DNA of 64,000 nucleotides from Amoebophrya sp. A120 (Eukaryota > Protista > Dinoflagellata), in contig CAJINV010000003.1 of NCBI GenBank assembly GCA_905178155.1, positions 3,839,600 through 3,903,599 on the forward strand, written 5' to 3'. Positions within the stretch are counted from its first letter, which is position 1; the number at the start of each line of letters is the position of its first letter. Position numbers and translations under genes: made by a program. Below are positions 33,701 through 47,749 of the stretch, in pieces. Under the pieces are notes generated by a model. The model was not told the origin of the DNA. It saw nothing but the letters and a program-made list of their open reading frames with translations, and searched no databases.

Positions 33701-35809
33701 GCGCGCCGCAGCGGGTGGACCTGGCACGGCATCCAGCGCCAACGGCACGGGGAAGTCCACCCGGCGGACGGAGATCTGTTGGCCAAAAATCCTCCAAGTA
33801 CAACTAGCGAGGACACCGCTGTAGCCGAAGATCAGCCCGGAACTTCTTCTACCCTGCAAGTCGAGCCGGCGCCGGCCAACGTGGACACGCTGACGGACGA
33901 AGCGATCTTGTCGACGTACTTCGGGTCGGAGCTCCAGTCGATCGAGGAGCTGGATGGTATTCTGAACAAGGCCAGTACCCTGCTGGAGGGCGACCTGGAC
34001 TTGGCGAGGAGTATTTTGAATTCGCCAGACGACGTGCTCGAGCGCGACTTTCTCGGCGGCCAGAACGGCGGTATCGTGCAAACGAGCCAAGTGGCCACCC
34101 GGACGTTTTCCCGACGCATGAATTCGGGTTTGCTGCTGCGGAAAACCTACTGGTTCTACAACAGCCTGCGCTTTTTCAGCGTGGCTACGTCGCAGACCTA
34201 TCTGGGTCACATGGGCCACGCGAGCACGGACGGTGGGAGCAAGCGGAGCCACCGCGTCTCCATCGACTCGGCGTTCGGGGCGAAAACCGGGCACCAGTGT
34301 CTCCCCTTTCAGTCCTTCGTGTGGGAGAGCTACATGGATTTGAACTCCATCTGTTTGCGCGAGCTCGCCCACGTGCATCCCACCATCGCGGTTCAGGCGA
34401 TTCAGGTCACGCACGACGCGAAAGGTCGGATGTTTTGGGCGCGCGAGCTGGACAAGGTGCGGTTGGTAAAGCCCAACCCCTTCGACGAGTTGGCGGCGCT
34501 GCCGTACGACTACGGGAAGAAAACGCACGCGATGGTGGGGGACTTGTACAAGGATTCCGGGGCTCTGGGCAAGGCGCTCGACTCCGTTGGCTCCCACTTC
34601 GACATTTTGTGGGAGCAGCGGAACACCTTTTTCAACCGGATGATAGCGGCAAAGGTGTGTTGGAAAAGAGACTTGAAAGTTGCGCTGGTGGACCAGCAGC
34701 GGAAAGTGAAGCTTGATGAAGATCATGCTGCTGATTCTAATGTTTCTGTCCACGAAGATGTGGACTCCGCGGAAAAGATCCACAGCGAAGCGGCCCAATA
34801 CGCGGAGGAACATGAGACATTGAATTTGGATTTGGCGGGTTACTACCGGATGCGGAACGCTCGGGCGGCGTCCGCCGCCGCCTCTGGAACGTTCGCGGAG
34901 GCAGAAAAGGCGGTTTATGAGAAGAGTCTGTACTACTCCCCGTTCCCGATCGCTTTTCACGGCCACCGTGCGGAGTACAACGAAAAAATCAAGCGCGTAT
35001 TTGGACAGAAACAGCAGGAGGGCGGCTCGACACGCCTATATTTCGCCTATTTCCACAAGGACGCGCTGGCCGAGCAGAAAAAGCTCAGGGATGAGGTGAA
35101 GGAGAAGGAGGAGGAGCTGAAGAGCAAAAATTGCAAAGAGAGTAGACTGTACAGCAACGCGGGCAGCTCCTGCCAGCTCAGCAAAGAAGACCACCAACTG
35201 TTTGTGCGGGAGCTTTCTGACCTGCGACACAAACTAAAAGAACACGACCAGAAGCGACCACTACCCCCGTCGAACAATCAAACGGCCGGAGAGGAGGCAG
35301 CTGATGAGGGGGATCCGTCCTCATCTCCTGGGGGAGATCCGGACAGCCCGGAAGGTGCTGTTGAGCAGGAAAAAGCGAAGGCTAGTAGCGAACTGCCACA
35401 AGATTCGCATTTGATAGACAACCGCGACGCGCAGGATCGAACGAAGCGAAGTCGGTTCACGCTCGCCGACGTGCATCACATCGTCCGGGGCCACTGTCTC
35501 AACACGCACGAACTAAAACCCGCGATGTCTAAAGCGACAGTCACGAGGGTTCAGAGACTGGTTGCGACTTTCCTCGGAGACGCCTATCGTCCGTTGGTGT
35601 GGTCCGAGCGTGCAGAAGAGTGCGCCTGGCCGAGGACGATATCGAGTGGGGAAAGCGCGCCGCTGGCGCCGGCATCGGATTTATCGAACGAACAGCAAGA
35701 TGGTACGCAGCTGTCGACTACGAAGAAACATTTGATAGCCGGCAACGTCTCGCCAAAAAGTAGCGAGAATTACGATAGCGCCGCGCTTCTGACTGTCTTG
35801 GCGTACTGA
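27716..35809 (+). CDS. Very large secretory-pathway protein with a dispersed GT31 (core 1 beta-1,3-galactosyltransferase/Fringe-like) domain
   Basis: Exons 27716-28165, 28349-30998, 31257-31295, 31553-31587, 31856-35809 join in frame (...EYFNGYRVHNLDIISDEWQNEYRSPNGAEKENAMMLEAY...). Blocks RIACLAP...YCDDFVFFV, DWYCQIESDLYFIPENFERFV...PYYLGH, GLCVSRKGL, HDAKGRMFW and PIAFHG are colinear with C1GALT1-family motifs. N-terminal hydrophobic segment present. Confidence 0.7.
30999..31251. mobile_element. Introner/MITE family A, copy 5 (253 bp)
   Basis: Degenerate TIR TATGCATTGCGAATATGTCTGGATCTGGAA...TTCCAGACCCAGACAAATTTGCATTTGATA. TSD CGGGT at 30994-30998 and 31252-31256. Confidence 0.92.
31296..31547. 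mobile_element. Introner/MITE family A, copy 6 (252 bp), closely similar to copy 1
   Basis: TIR TATCAAAAGTAAAAATGTCTGGGTCTGG...CCAGACCCAGAAATTTTTACAGTTGATA. TSD GTGGC at 31291-31295 and 31548-31552. The interior aligns end to end with 5070-5321. Confidence 0.93.
31588..31850. mobile_element. Introner/MITE family A, copy 7 (263 bp)
   Basis: TIR TATGGATTGCAAATATGTCTGGGTCTGGAAG...CTTCCAGACCCAGACATTTTTGCATTTGATA. TSD AGAAG at 31583-31587 and 31851-31855. Confidence 0.93.
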
Positions 35810-37455
35810 CGGCCAGTGTTGCTCTCGAGCTCCATACAAGAATGAAATATAGCGATTGCACTCCTTTTATGGTCGTTTTTACTTAGAGCTAGAGCAGTTA
35901 CAGAAGCCTAGCATGCACGTGGTAAGTAGAAGTAGTAGTTGCATTTCCCTCGTGGTTCGGACTAAGTTCAGTTTATTATTCGTAAATGTCAATTGCAAAC
36001 AGTAGCGATTTGCGTGCATTCCATTCGAAATAATGACAAACTCCCAGCAGGAGGAGGGCAGCATTTTCTTTTTGAGAATAGATGATTTGCTGACGCGCAT
36101 GGTGTTGCGCACAATATCAAGTAAGTATTTTCGTATTTGCTTTGCTGGTGCGCAGGAAGGTGATTCATCGCACTACCCAGTAGGGCAAGGCTACTTACTA
36201 GGTGAACCTAAAAGAGCAGTTGGGCTTTCAAGTATTCTCCGCTTTCCGCAGCAGTTGCCGAACAAGTTGGAATTTCGTGCAGCACGTGAGTTTTCTGTGT
36301 TCCAGTGTCTAGCAAGCCAGAATTACAGCCACGATCCTTTTTAGCAGTCCCGCGACCGTATTAAAGCTGCGTTGCGTGCATCATCCATTATTTCAGCATT
36401 GATTTGTCTCTCTGCGGTCTGCGACTGGAAACTTTATACATTGTGATGCACAACAAGCACAATGGTTGTCGTGTGTGCAAGCGTCTGCACGCATAAAACG
36501 TACTTAGAACGAAGAATCTCACCAGTATGACAAACACGATGCATTTTTCCTGTGCAGTGTAGTAGAGTTAAAATTTCAAGTAGACAGTAAAGTAGTAGTA
36601 AGACGAGTAAAGTAGGTATAGACAATATGTAGCCGAAGGAAGAATCGCTTTTTCACAAACAAAGTACCGCACGCAATGTGTAGACCAATAGCTCTTCAAC
36701 AAATTAAAATTTTGGGATTCGTATTTTGAAAAATTTTTTAGGAGTTGTTGGGACAAGCGCATCTGTATCTTGTTCCTAGAAGAGCTGTAGAGAACGTTTT
36801 GCTTTGGCAGTCAATTTGGACGTGCGACAGATTAAGTGGTCATTGCTGTACACGAGCCTCTGAGGCCCTAAAATTAGAAACAAAAACCTTATTGTATACA
36901 GCGCTTAGAAGTTCCACCTCGTCCGCGCTTTCAGATAAGGGTTTTCGACAATTCCCGACCCATCGAACGTCGGACGAACTCGTGCATTCAGAACAGCTAC
37001 ACTCACATCAAAAACTCGAGGCCTATTTGCTCGGGAACAAGAACTCCTTCGAAAACTCCGCGCCCGGGCGCGCTTGGACAAGAATCTTTTGCCTCTTTAG
37101 ACTTACCGGTCGACATCTCCACGAGTCGTACTTGCATCATTCAAGCAACGAAATAGAACGAAAACAACGGAAAAAATTGCTCGGGCCGGCTGTTGATTTC
37201 GGTGAGAAAAAGCTTTTTATATTTTTCTACTTTCCGAATCCGACGCGTTTCCTCTCCTTTTTGTATTCTGAAAATGCATTCGGCTCGTCCACATTCATCG
37301 TTCTGTGATGAAACTCGCAGGTACAACAACTATTTGGACTTTCAGCTAGTACCGCCCACCGGGCAGGGGCACAACTCGTTGCAAAATCTTCCGCCGGCAA
37401 CTATCAGCAGGAGCCTCTTTATTCTGCAAGGTCAATCTGGCAGAGCTATATCGCA

Positions 37456-40400
37456 ATGCCATCATCCGGAACTTCGAGCCTTAGCGTGACAGGTACTACC
37501 ACAACGACTTCCGCGGGAGCACGGAGCAACAAGCATCACCAGCTACGGCCCACGCGTTCCGCCGAGCTGATGAGTACTAGTCGACCAGCATCCGGAGGGT
37601 CGCAAACGAGTGCGGGTGGTGGCACCGCTAGCCACCAGCACCATAAAGTGGAGCACGGCGTCGAACAGGAGTTATCTCCGCAGCAGACTTCTTTTGACTC
37701 TAACGAGTGCACTGGCGAATACAGCAGCACCACCGACACTCCAGATGTGCCGAATTCCAACACGAACATGGCTGATAACGTAAATCACTATTGATTCAGC
37801 ACAATGTTTTCGGATTTTTCATTTTCTTCTCCTGTACAGTACAACTCGAAGCTGAAACACACGAATCGAACGAAAAGTCGAACGGTTTGTATACTTGCTT
37901 ATTTCGATTTCCTTGTAGCGACCCGATCATCTTGTAGTTGCTTCTACTTTTAACACTCACAGGCCCGGCCAAATCGCACGGAATGCAACACCAGTGATAA
38001 GTCGTTGCATCCGCGAGCGCTCTTTTCCGACGATTTCGACGAACTAGCGTCGCCGAGTTGTGAAGGTACTATTCGACCAAGAAAGTCTTATATCCTTGAC
38101 CTTGACTGAGTGTGGCGACTGTTCGAGGCTATTTCAGCATTAGCACTCAAATTCCTATCCATCATACAGCAGAACAATCTTCTGACTGTTTCTGGTTTGA
38201 TATTTTTGGTTTGAACCCTCTGTCTTCCCTACTACCTAGGTGCTTCGAGCCCCGGTGACCTGTGGGCTCCGAGACGTGTCGTCGGCACGCCCAGTTCCGT
38301 GGTTTCCTTGGTGCGGACTCCGCCGCCGGCGTCGGCACCTCCTCCGGAGCCGACGTCTGCGAAGCGTGGAAGCGGAACGCCGCCGAAGCAAGATGTGCCT
38401 CAGCAACCCTCGACTTCTGCGACAGGTGGATTCGACGGAACTGATGCCTTTTCCACGCAATTACAGCGGTGGGCTTCTAGTACCCAAAACAACTGGGGCA
38501 ATGATCCTGCCGGCGGCAACGGCCTGCAGCAAGGTGGCCAACAATACCATCAAAACAACTACCCTGGTGCTGGTGGTTCCAACAGTGCTAGTACAACCGG
38601 ATCCTGCTCTTACAACAACGGAACAAGTACTGGAGCTGATTTGAGCTCTTGTACCAACGGCGGAAATGGCGCATCTTTCAACAGGGAATCGTTTGAGCAT
38701 CAGCAGTTTGGGTCTTCTACCACGTATAATAATCAGGGGAACAGCTCCTGTGGCCAACAGCACCTGGGAAACAACACCTTCCAAGACCAGCACCATACGC
38801 AGCACATGCCAGGTAGTACCATTTCCGTGCCGTCGTCGCAAGATCCGGCGATGCTGATGAACGCCAGCGGAATGCACCAATCGTCGCATGGGGGGCAGTA
38901 TCAAACATCTTCTATGCAGATGGGGTATGATATTGATGGTTCAACATCTTGCCAGCAACAACAGCACTGCAGTTATACCAACAGTGGCAGTGGGAACGGC
39001 AATGCATGCGGCGGCCTCGCAGGCCCCTCTCATCTGCAACCTGGTGCAATGTCCATGGTCACCAGCTGCACCGTGAACCACCAACAAGGAACAAGCATGA
39101 TGGACCACCAGCAGAACAGCGGGCAGAACTTGAACTACAGCGGTTCTTGCAGTTCTCACAATAACAACTTCGACGGCGCTACTGCCATCGGCCAGCAATT
39201 TGTTCAGAGTTCTTGTAATCAGCAGCTACATCATCAGCAGCCAGTCGCCAACATGAATAACGGCTCTTACGCGGCAGTGCAAGACATGTTTTCGGACCGC
39301 GATTCATTGGTTTCCTATCCCGTGCTCATGCCACAGGAGCAGCAAGACGTCAACAGCATCAGCAAGCGTCCCAGTATGCACAACTTGGCTTACCAGTTGC
39401 CGTTTACATCACAACACCACCAACAGGACCACAACGACGTACGCGGCATGCACATGGGTGCAGCTGCTACTAATTCCTCGTGCAACAGTGCTGGTACGAT
39501 GAATGCATACAATCAGCAGCACGTGCCGATTGGTTCGTTTTGCGCCGATCCGGTTCAATCTGGCGAGGGTTCGAAAGAGAGTTTGCCCCGCTACTTCTTC
39601 GGGGCTGCGAACGGGGACCATTACAACCATCAGCAGCAGGGAAACGTCGCACAGACGAACGGCATGTTCGGCACTGCGGGCGGATCTGGTACTACGTGTT
39701 CCTCAGTCGTGGCGCTCGCGCCTCTCGGAAGCTCGGGAATGGCGCAAGGCGGGCATCAGCCGGTCGTGGTGGACAGCTCCAGCACCAGTTTGCAAATGCC
39801 CACGGCGAACAATGGACAGAACTTCACTTTTCCGGACTTCGACAATAACCATTTCGCGCAGTTGCAGCACCAGCAGCAGCAAAACGCCATGCACATGCAG
39901 CAGCACATGGCCGCGCCAGCCAACTCGATGGGCGGCAACGACGCGGCCGGCTGCAATGGGACGACGATGACTGCTTCTACCGGGGCGAGCAGCAACATGT
40001 GCAGCGGCGGAACCGATTTTTACCAAGGCTCGGGGACCACTGTAGCAGGATCCTACGGCCCCGACCAAGGCTCAGCGTCTTGTGGTCAGCATCAAGGGTC
40101 AACATCGAATTACCAGACCGTCGGCACGGTCGGCTTCCAGGACCAGCAGTGCTGGCATTACGGAACTACGAACGGGACGAACATGAACACCGCGGCGGGG
40201 GCCAACAGCTACAACAATAATACTATGCCATCTTTTCAACAAATGCAGCACGCGACGAGTACTAACACCTTTTGCGCCGGCGAGCAACCGGCGACGTCGC
40301 CGGCTTTTCCACCAATGTTTGGCGGGGGCAACACGACATCTTCCATCGCGGCGTTAAAGCCGCCGTCCACGTGGGAGCAGCTACCGCGGCAAATGGAGCA

Positions 40401-43400
40401 GCAACAGCTGGCCTCACCGCCGCTGCAATCGGGGTCGAGTTGTCGGGCGGGAGAAGATGAAGCCACTCCACGACTCCACCAAAATTTAATGCAGATCATG
40501 CAGACGCCAGTGGGTACGCCGACCGGACGGACGCTTCCGCTAAGCCAGAGTGCCCGCCGGTGCGCGCAAACCGATACCCGCGACACAGGGAATGACCCCG
40601 GCCGTTTCTCTGCTCCGCCCGCGATAGACGGAAACCGGTCTTACCGTCAAGATTTTCCCGATCAGAGCAGAGCCCTGCAAACCCCCGCTTCAGATTCTGC
40701 CCTGCCCGCGGCCCAGAGGACCACCATCGCGTCGCCCTACTTCCACCAGCTTCAAAGCGACTCTAAAGTGCCGCTGCGTTGTCCGGAGCCTCAGGCTCTG
40801 TGGCGAGCGGAAAATACTTCCAGCGAGAATACACAGGTACAAGCACTCTGTCTAGGGAAACAGGAAAATCAATCTTGACTTTCTTACGGTTGAGGTTTGA
40901 AGACGCTGCCTTTCTCTCCTATTTTTTCTTTTTCTACTGCATGGATCTGCTAGAAAATAACATCAGAGCATTCTTCTAATTTTCACGCACAGCAGCAGCA
41001 GAGCGGAGATGTGCAGCACTATGGACAGCCAGCCTCATCTTCGCAGCTATCTGGTAAGTAGCAGTGTACATATAATTGTTTTGTTTCTACCACTTCAAAC
41101 TGAATATCAATGTTCGGATATAGTAGGTTAAGCATCTGCAGCGGACCTTGCAAAAATATTTTTCCAAGGTTTAGGAACAAACCCATCATCAGCACGAGAG
41201 ACATCAACCAAAAAATTTTCCAACCACAACAGGCAGCTTCCAGGCACAGACGGTTGTCCACGATCAGGGGGGACATCAGCATCAGAGCCTGTGCACCCCC
41301 ACGCCCAACGTGAGCTGCCAGGGTATGCTGCTGATGATGGATACGGCTAGCACGACTGCGGCCACGTTCGCGGACCACACAGCGAAATCCGGAGGTGCGA
41401 ACGTCCAGTTTGGTGCCCAACAAGAAGCGATGACTATGCCCAGTGCGGACCACCACGCAGCGTCCGCGGCCGGGAACGCCTCCGGCTCCGGGGACCAGAA
41501 TTTCGTTTGTCCCGAGGCCGTTGATGCGGACGGGAACGAATTTTCTTCCGTGGGGTCAAAATACCACTCGGTCGGGATGTGCAAGCCCTGTGCGTTCGTG
41601 CACCGCCAGGGCGGGTGCTCGAACGGCAAGAAGTGCGATTTTTGTCACGACTGCCCACCGGGGGAGATCAAGCGGCGCAAGAAAGAGAAGCAAAAACTCC
41701 GCGTGCAGCAGGGCCTGCAGGCGAAAAATCCAGCACCGGGTGGCATCAATGCTGCCCACGACGCGACAGTTTTGGGGAACGCGAACAGTCACAGTGCTGG
41801 GGGTGCGCCCAGCACGACGATGTATGACGACGCAGCAACCGGTACCGGTCGCGGCGCCGGGCTCGCGGGCCAGCAGCAATCTTCGCACAACCAGCTTGCG
41901 CAGAGCGCTTCGCGGCAGTACGACAGCAATTGCAACTCGCTCTTGGCGAGCCCGGCAACCACGGTGAACGGTTTCTCGTCCTCCTACCACGCCTCCCCGG
42001 GAAGCTACTCGGTGGACCAGTATAATCCGCGGCATTCTTCCACCGGCCTCGCGGCAAATAATACTAACACGTACGGCGGAAATAACACGCGCCAGCACGC
42101 GAGCGCAACGCCGTATCAGGAACAGCAGTTTCGCACGCCCGCCAGGAGTAACACCGGGAGCAAGTCGTATGGGCACACCCAGCGAGGAGGAGGACAATTA
42201 CACCAGTCTGGGCGCGGCCAGAATTCGATGCACGACAATCTGACCCGTAAACAATAGTTTTTTTACAGTTTCCTTTTCGTATAGCTATATAGTTTTTGCA
42301 TCTTTTGTCGAACTAGAACAGTCGCTGCATGCAGCTCGGATGTAATACTAATATGACCGAATCAGTTTGAATTTGATTCCAAACAATTTGAACAGAAATT
42401 CTTGTGGGAGATGCACCGGAGGGCCCAATCGGGGCGAATTCCAGTACCGGGGAGCGCTTTGAGCCGATCTGGGGCCCCTGCGAAGGAAGGAGACCGGCTT
42501 CTAGTTACAATCAACAGCGCACCAGTCCGCACCTGCACGCGCAAACCGGCGGCTCTGGCAGCGGGTGTGTGGGTTCTTCTGGCGGGGGGTACCAGCACAA
42601 TAACACCCGCGGCGAGCAGCAGCACGGGGGTAAGAACGCCAGTAGAGTTGTGGGTGGAGGACCACATAATTCCTCTTTGCAGCATCACCAGGGAACAAGC
42701 AACAGTACGAACAACTACAGCATGCAGCACATGCACCAAACTAATAACAACGCTTCCTCCACCAGAATGAACACCAGCTATAATCCAGCGGCGGGACAGC
42801 AACAGCAGCAGCAGCAGCAGCAACAACACCAGAATAATACGAACATGGCACGAAACAGCTTTATGGGGCCCCGTTCTGGAAATAACACTGCAGCGTCGCT
42901 GCAGAACAACACCTCCTACCATAACACGTACGATCACCGCGCAACACAGCAGCAGCAGCAGGGGGGTGGTCAACAGCAGAACCGCAGTTATCCTGGGAAT
43001 AACCATCAACGGAAGACGGCGAGGAGCGGCCCCACAAGCACAGCGGGGACCACGGCGCACTATGAACAGCAAATCCAGCAGCAGCAAGGAAGCAGCAGCT
43101 ACCAGAAAAATCAATACAACAGAGCACCTGGCACCGTTGGGGGTATGAACCAACAAGGTCAACAGCAGCGCTCGTACGAAGCAGGGTACAACCAACAGCA
43201 CGCACCGCAGGGCCAGCAGTACAGCTACAGCAACAACGCTTGTCGTACACAGCAGGGCGGGTACAACTATCAACATCGCTCCGATTCGGGAGGCAATCAT
43301 AATGATGCCAATGGGCAACATCATGCCAGCCAGGCCAACAGCCAAGAGCGACAGCAGCGGCAGTGGAGCGGCAACAACAATTACAACAACGGCGGTGGAG

Positions 43401-43858
43401 GAGCCGCTGCTGGAGCTACGACAGCTTACAGCAGTTTTTCTCGGCAGCAAGCTGGCGCGGCGAGGCAGGGATCGCAACACGGTCAGGGAGTTAGTAATAC
43501 GCGGGGGGAGCGGGGGGACAACTCGGACAGCGCTCATAGAGCCAACAATTCGAGTTCGTACCCTGGTGTCGGCGGAGGAGGTAACTGTGGGAGGAATACG
43601 CAGGGCGGCAGCTACAACGGGAGAAGCGGTACGAATGGTTCCTACGTTTACAACAATAGTGTTGGCGTGCGTGGAGGTTCGCAGGGCTCCTCTGCGTACT
43701 CCTCATCGCAGCACGCTAGTGGCAACAATGCGCAGCCGCAGAAGCACCAAAACGCAAGCAACAGCAACTACTACAGCAACTCGTACAACAACTCGTCAGG
43801 AGGACAAGGGTCGGGCGGAGCTCCAGGTGCGGCTTCGGCCTACCCAAAAAATTATTAG
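37456..43858 (+). CDS. Multi-exon Gln/Asn/Ser/Gly-rich protein with a CCCH (C3H1) zinc finger
   Basis: ORFs 37456-, 38299-, 41310- and 42404- are linked by GT-AG introns (37780-37962, 38066-38239, 40837-40992, 42247-42395). The junction near 41054-41175 is unresolved. The motif SVGSKYHSVGMCKPCAFVHRQGGCSNGKKCDFCHDC is the CCCH type common in dinoflagellates. Confidence 0.7.
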
Positions 43859-45290
43859 GCCGTGCGCAAGAAAAAGAATTGGCAGTAACAGTATGTATTC
43901 ACGACCAGGGGGAGCTCCTGCGCCAACCTCTTGGCAGAGGTACTTAGGTGTCTGTTCTTCTCATGATTCTTGCAAGTAGACCTTGGTTGCGACATGATTT
44001 CGCCTTCGATGTAGCAAGCATGGCACTCGACTCCCCGTATTCATAATATACTGTCATTCAGGAGGTGGAAGAGCTCAGCAAGTCTAAACTTCTTGCATTG
44101 GGAAGAGATTAAAGATAATCCCTTGAAATTGTACTTTGCTACTTTGGTTTGTCTTTGACCGCGGAATTACGGATCGCGTGATTCCGCATCTGATTACTTT
44201 GTCAATTACAATAATCCATCTTCATATTTATGCCATATCTAGTAAAAAATGCTTCGGTATCCCCAAAGGTAGGAAATATTTTATTTCTACTACACAATGC
44301 GCTTATGTTCAGGCTCGTGTCAGCAACGAATCGCAATCTATGATTACAGCCATCGCTATACAACGGCTACAGCCTTGTTTTTGGTTGCCGTTTACCGTTT
44401 CGAGCTTGAATTTTACCTCCTACATTAAGGACATTTCCTAGCGACTATTTCCGATTGAAATCTACTAATACTTCCCCCTTGATGTAGTTGACCGTTTTTC
44501 GGCGAGCGACAAAAACCTAATTGGCCTTTTTTGCACTTGATTGGACTTCTACTTGCATGTACTAACTACATATGGACGATCTACAAATAACTTTCCTAGA
44601 AAATAAAAGACGCGACTCAAAAATCAATTTCATGGAAACTCTACGACACGGCACATTTCAAGCAAGAACAACCTGTGATCTGACCAAAAAAAAAAATTCA
44701 TTTTATGAAGATAGCATTTTCTTTCCTGCGTAGTGGAGTTCCTTTTTCCAAACGCATGCTGTGTTCTAGAATGAAGCAGAGAAATTTTCAGCTACAAAAC
44801 AGGACACAGAACCACCTCTGCAGGGCCTGAACGATGATCGCCATGCTCACGAGGATCACGAAAACGAACAATCTCAGATCCGAAATTGTTGACAACTTCG
44901 TGCGAAAAGATATTTCGCGCGCAGTGGTGTAATGAATGTTTGCACACCAGCAGGCTTCTCATCCAGAGCGCCTGGATCCTTCCCTGTTGACAGCGTCTGT
45001 AAATGAACCGCTACAACGTGCTGAAGTATTTTTTCACCTTCCTATATTTTTGTCCCATTTTCCCCGACGGACGAGCAGGAAAACGAAAGAAATATTCTAG
45101 TTTCACTGGATAGCAGTACCACATAAAGAACTTGCTTTCTTCTAAACGTGATTATGATCTCGATTTTGTATATCATCCCTCGCATAGCCTGCGCCCTTTC
45201 GTAATATGTGTCATTGTTCTTCGTGGACTCCGTATTAAGTCGGTGTTTTAGGAGCTTGTGAAAAAGATCAGTTTTAAAGCAAATCATAAA

Positions 45291-47414
45291 ATGGCGACCG
45301 AGTTCGACGACTACAGCGACGAGGACGTGGACGCGATTCCCCAGGCCGCCCACCTAGTTGCGCCGGCGCTTTCGAAGGCGTCGTCCGTAAAGGCCTACCA
45401 CCATGAGACGACGATCAGGGCCCCCGATTCCTTCGAGGCCGCGCCCGTCGTGAGTACGTTCGGGCTGGACACGGTGGTGGTTGACCTGGACAAGAAACTG
45501 GTTACGAACCCGAAAATCGACGCCCTGCGGCACCCCCTGCAGGGGCCCGTGGACCCGGCCAAGAGCGGGGGGCTGAGCTTGGAGGGGAAGCGGAAAAACA
45601 TGCACATGGGGCACCTGGAAAGCACCCACCTGAGCGAGTTCGACTTTCAGGACGCCATGCTGTCGCACGACAAGTTCAAGTCCGCCTCCGCAAAGTCCTT
45701 TTTTGCGTCCGGCGGTAGTGCGCCCAGCCAAAACAAATTCCTGAACCAAGGCATATGGGGCGAGTCCGCACTCACGGGCGGCAAAAGGCTCCGCGGACAA
45801 CTGCAGGAGGGGGGGAGAAAAAGGATACGGAACGACGACGCGGCAGACACCGACAACTTTCAGGGGCCCTGGGCCGCCTTCGAGGGAGAAGGCGACAGGA
45901 GGAAGTTCTGGGAAAATCAAATGAGCGAAATCAAGGTAATATATTGTGGACAACATTTTTCATATACTAATACCCCTATTTACGACACTTCATTTTTTTC
46001 CTTTTTCCATTCTATCTGCAGCCAGCATTGTATCTCCAGTGTCCCGTGTGTTTGTCGACATGTTTCGGCAACGGAGCGAAAGATCGCATGTAGAAATCGT
46101 CGTAAAAATACTCACACCAATATTAAAAAAACCGCAGGCGGATCAAGAGCGCGTGACCGAAGAGGAGGCCATTGCGAAGGGCCAGGCCAAGGACTTGGTC
46201 AAGGTGGCTGAAACGTCGCGTTTCTACGGCAAGACCGAGTACGACTACCAGGGCCGGTCGTGGATGACGTTTAAGCAGGCGCACCAGGACAAGCGGGACT
46301 TCCAGCAGATGTTGGAGGACGAGGAGACGTGGACCTACCTGCCGAAAAAGCAGGTCCACACCTACACCGGGCACACGCAGGGGGTGCAGACGGTCCGGCT
46401 GTTCCCCGAGACGGGGCACCTGCTGCTGTCCGCTGGGCTGGACGCCAAGGTGAAGATCTGGGACTTCTACAACCAGCGACAGTGCCTGCGCGACTACATG
46501 GGCCACGACGTGGGCGTCCGCGACGTGCGCTTCACCACCGACGGGTCGCGCTTCTACTCCTGCAGCTTCGACAAGAACATCAACTTGTGGGACACGGAGA
46601 CGGGGAAAATCATCACCACGATGACAAACAACAAGACCCCCTTCTGCATCGCCGTCCACCCCGACCCAAGCAAACAGAACTCGTTTATCGCAGGGTGCTC
46701 GAACAAGAAAGCGGTCGAGTGGGACGCAAATACCGGAAAGGTACTTACAAGAAGTAGATGCAGTGTTTTGCGTTACGATTTCAAATATTCTGCAATTGCT
46801 GTTTTGCCCATGATGAAGATTCTTCCTTTATTTCCACTTCTTTTGTCCCAACACAATTTGATCTCAGCACCACTACGTGCAACAACTTACTTGCAATTCA
46901 GATCGTCCAAGAATACGACGAGCATTTGGGGTCAGTCAACAGTATTACCTTCTGCGAAAACGGGAAGAAGTTGGTGACGACCGCCGACGACAAAAAGATG
47001 CTGATCTGGGAATACGGTATTCCGATCCCGACGAAATACATCACCGACCCGCTGATGCACAGTATCCCCACGGTCGCGGTGAGTCCCGACAAGAAAACCT
47101 TGCTGGGCCAGTCAATGGACAACAAGATCGTCACCTACCAGGCCTACGGGCAATTCAAGTACCAAGCGCGCAAGTCGTTCAAGGGCCACGCGTCCTCGGG
47201 GTACGCGTGCGAAATAAGTTGGTCGCCAGACGGCCAGTTCATCACCTCAGGCGACGGCAACGGAAAGCTCTGGTTCTGGGGCTGGAGAAACAACCGGGTC
47301 TACAAGTCCATGAACGCACACTCGGGAGCGCTGATGAGTTGCTGCTGGCACCCGAAGCACACCTCCCGGGTCATCACTTGTGGCTACGATGGTCTCATCA
47401 AAGTCTGGGACTGA
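45291..47414 (+). CDS. CDC40: Pre-mRNA-processing factor 17 (WD40 second-step splicing factor)
   Basis: Exons 45291-45935, 46138-46740, 46902-47414. Motifs [78 protein letters not shown] and [10 protein letters not shown]. Confidence 0.95.
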
Positions 47415-47749
47415 AATCGTCTCACTTTATTTTTCGAGAGTGCATTACCATTAGTACTTTCGATCTGGCGACAGCGGATGACTTTCAACTTCTCATGAAT
47501 GTACTGATGCCTGAATGCGATTGCGAGTGGCCCTATGTGAAGTGAAAGCGAGAAAGATAATTGTGAATCAGCAGAACGATTTTGACTTTCGCTCTGCACT
47601 CTGTCGGCGGTATTGAATGGTGTTCTTCAAGAATCTCTCTCGTGATACTCGAGCTGATGGATTTGCCGTCGGGGTCGCTGACTTTTGAGGAGGTAGGCAC
47701 GAGTTCCTTTGTGGTTTAGTGTCTCTTAATGGTTTCGCTCTCTGTCCTG

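Noticed and set aside
33665-34966. Long minus-strand ORF (also 42362-43537, 12047-13042, 61356-62240)
   Set aside because: Antisense shadows of GC3-rich or low-complexity + strand genes.
44915-45000. Possible tRNA or ncRNA beginning GCGCAGTGGTGTAATG
   Set aside because: No cloverleaf or T-loop GTTC could be built by eye.
45291-47414. Functional link between the CDC40 splicing-factor gene and the non-canonical introners
   Set aside because: It is an ordinary conserved gene with canonical introns, and proximity alone is not evidence.
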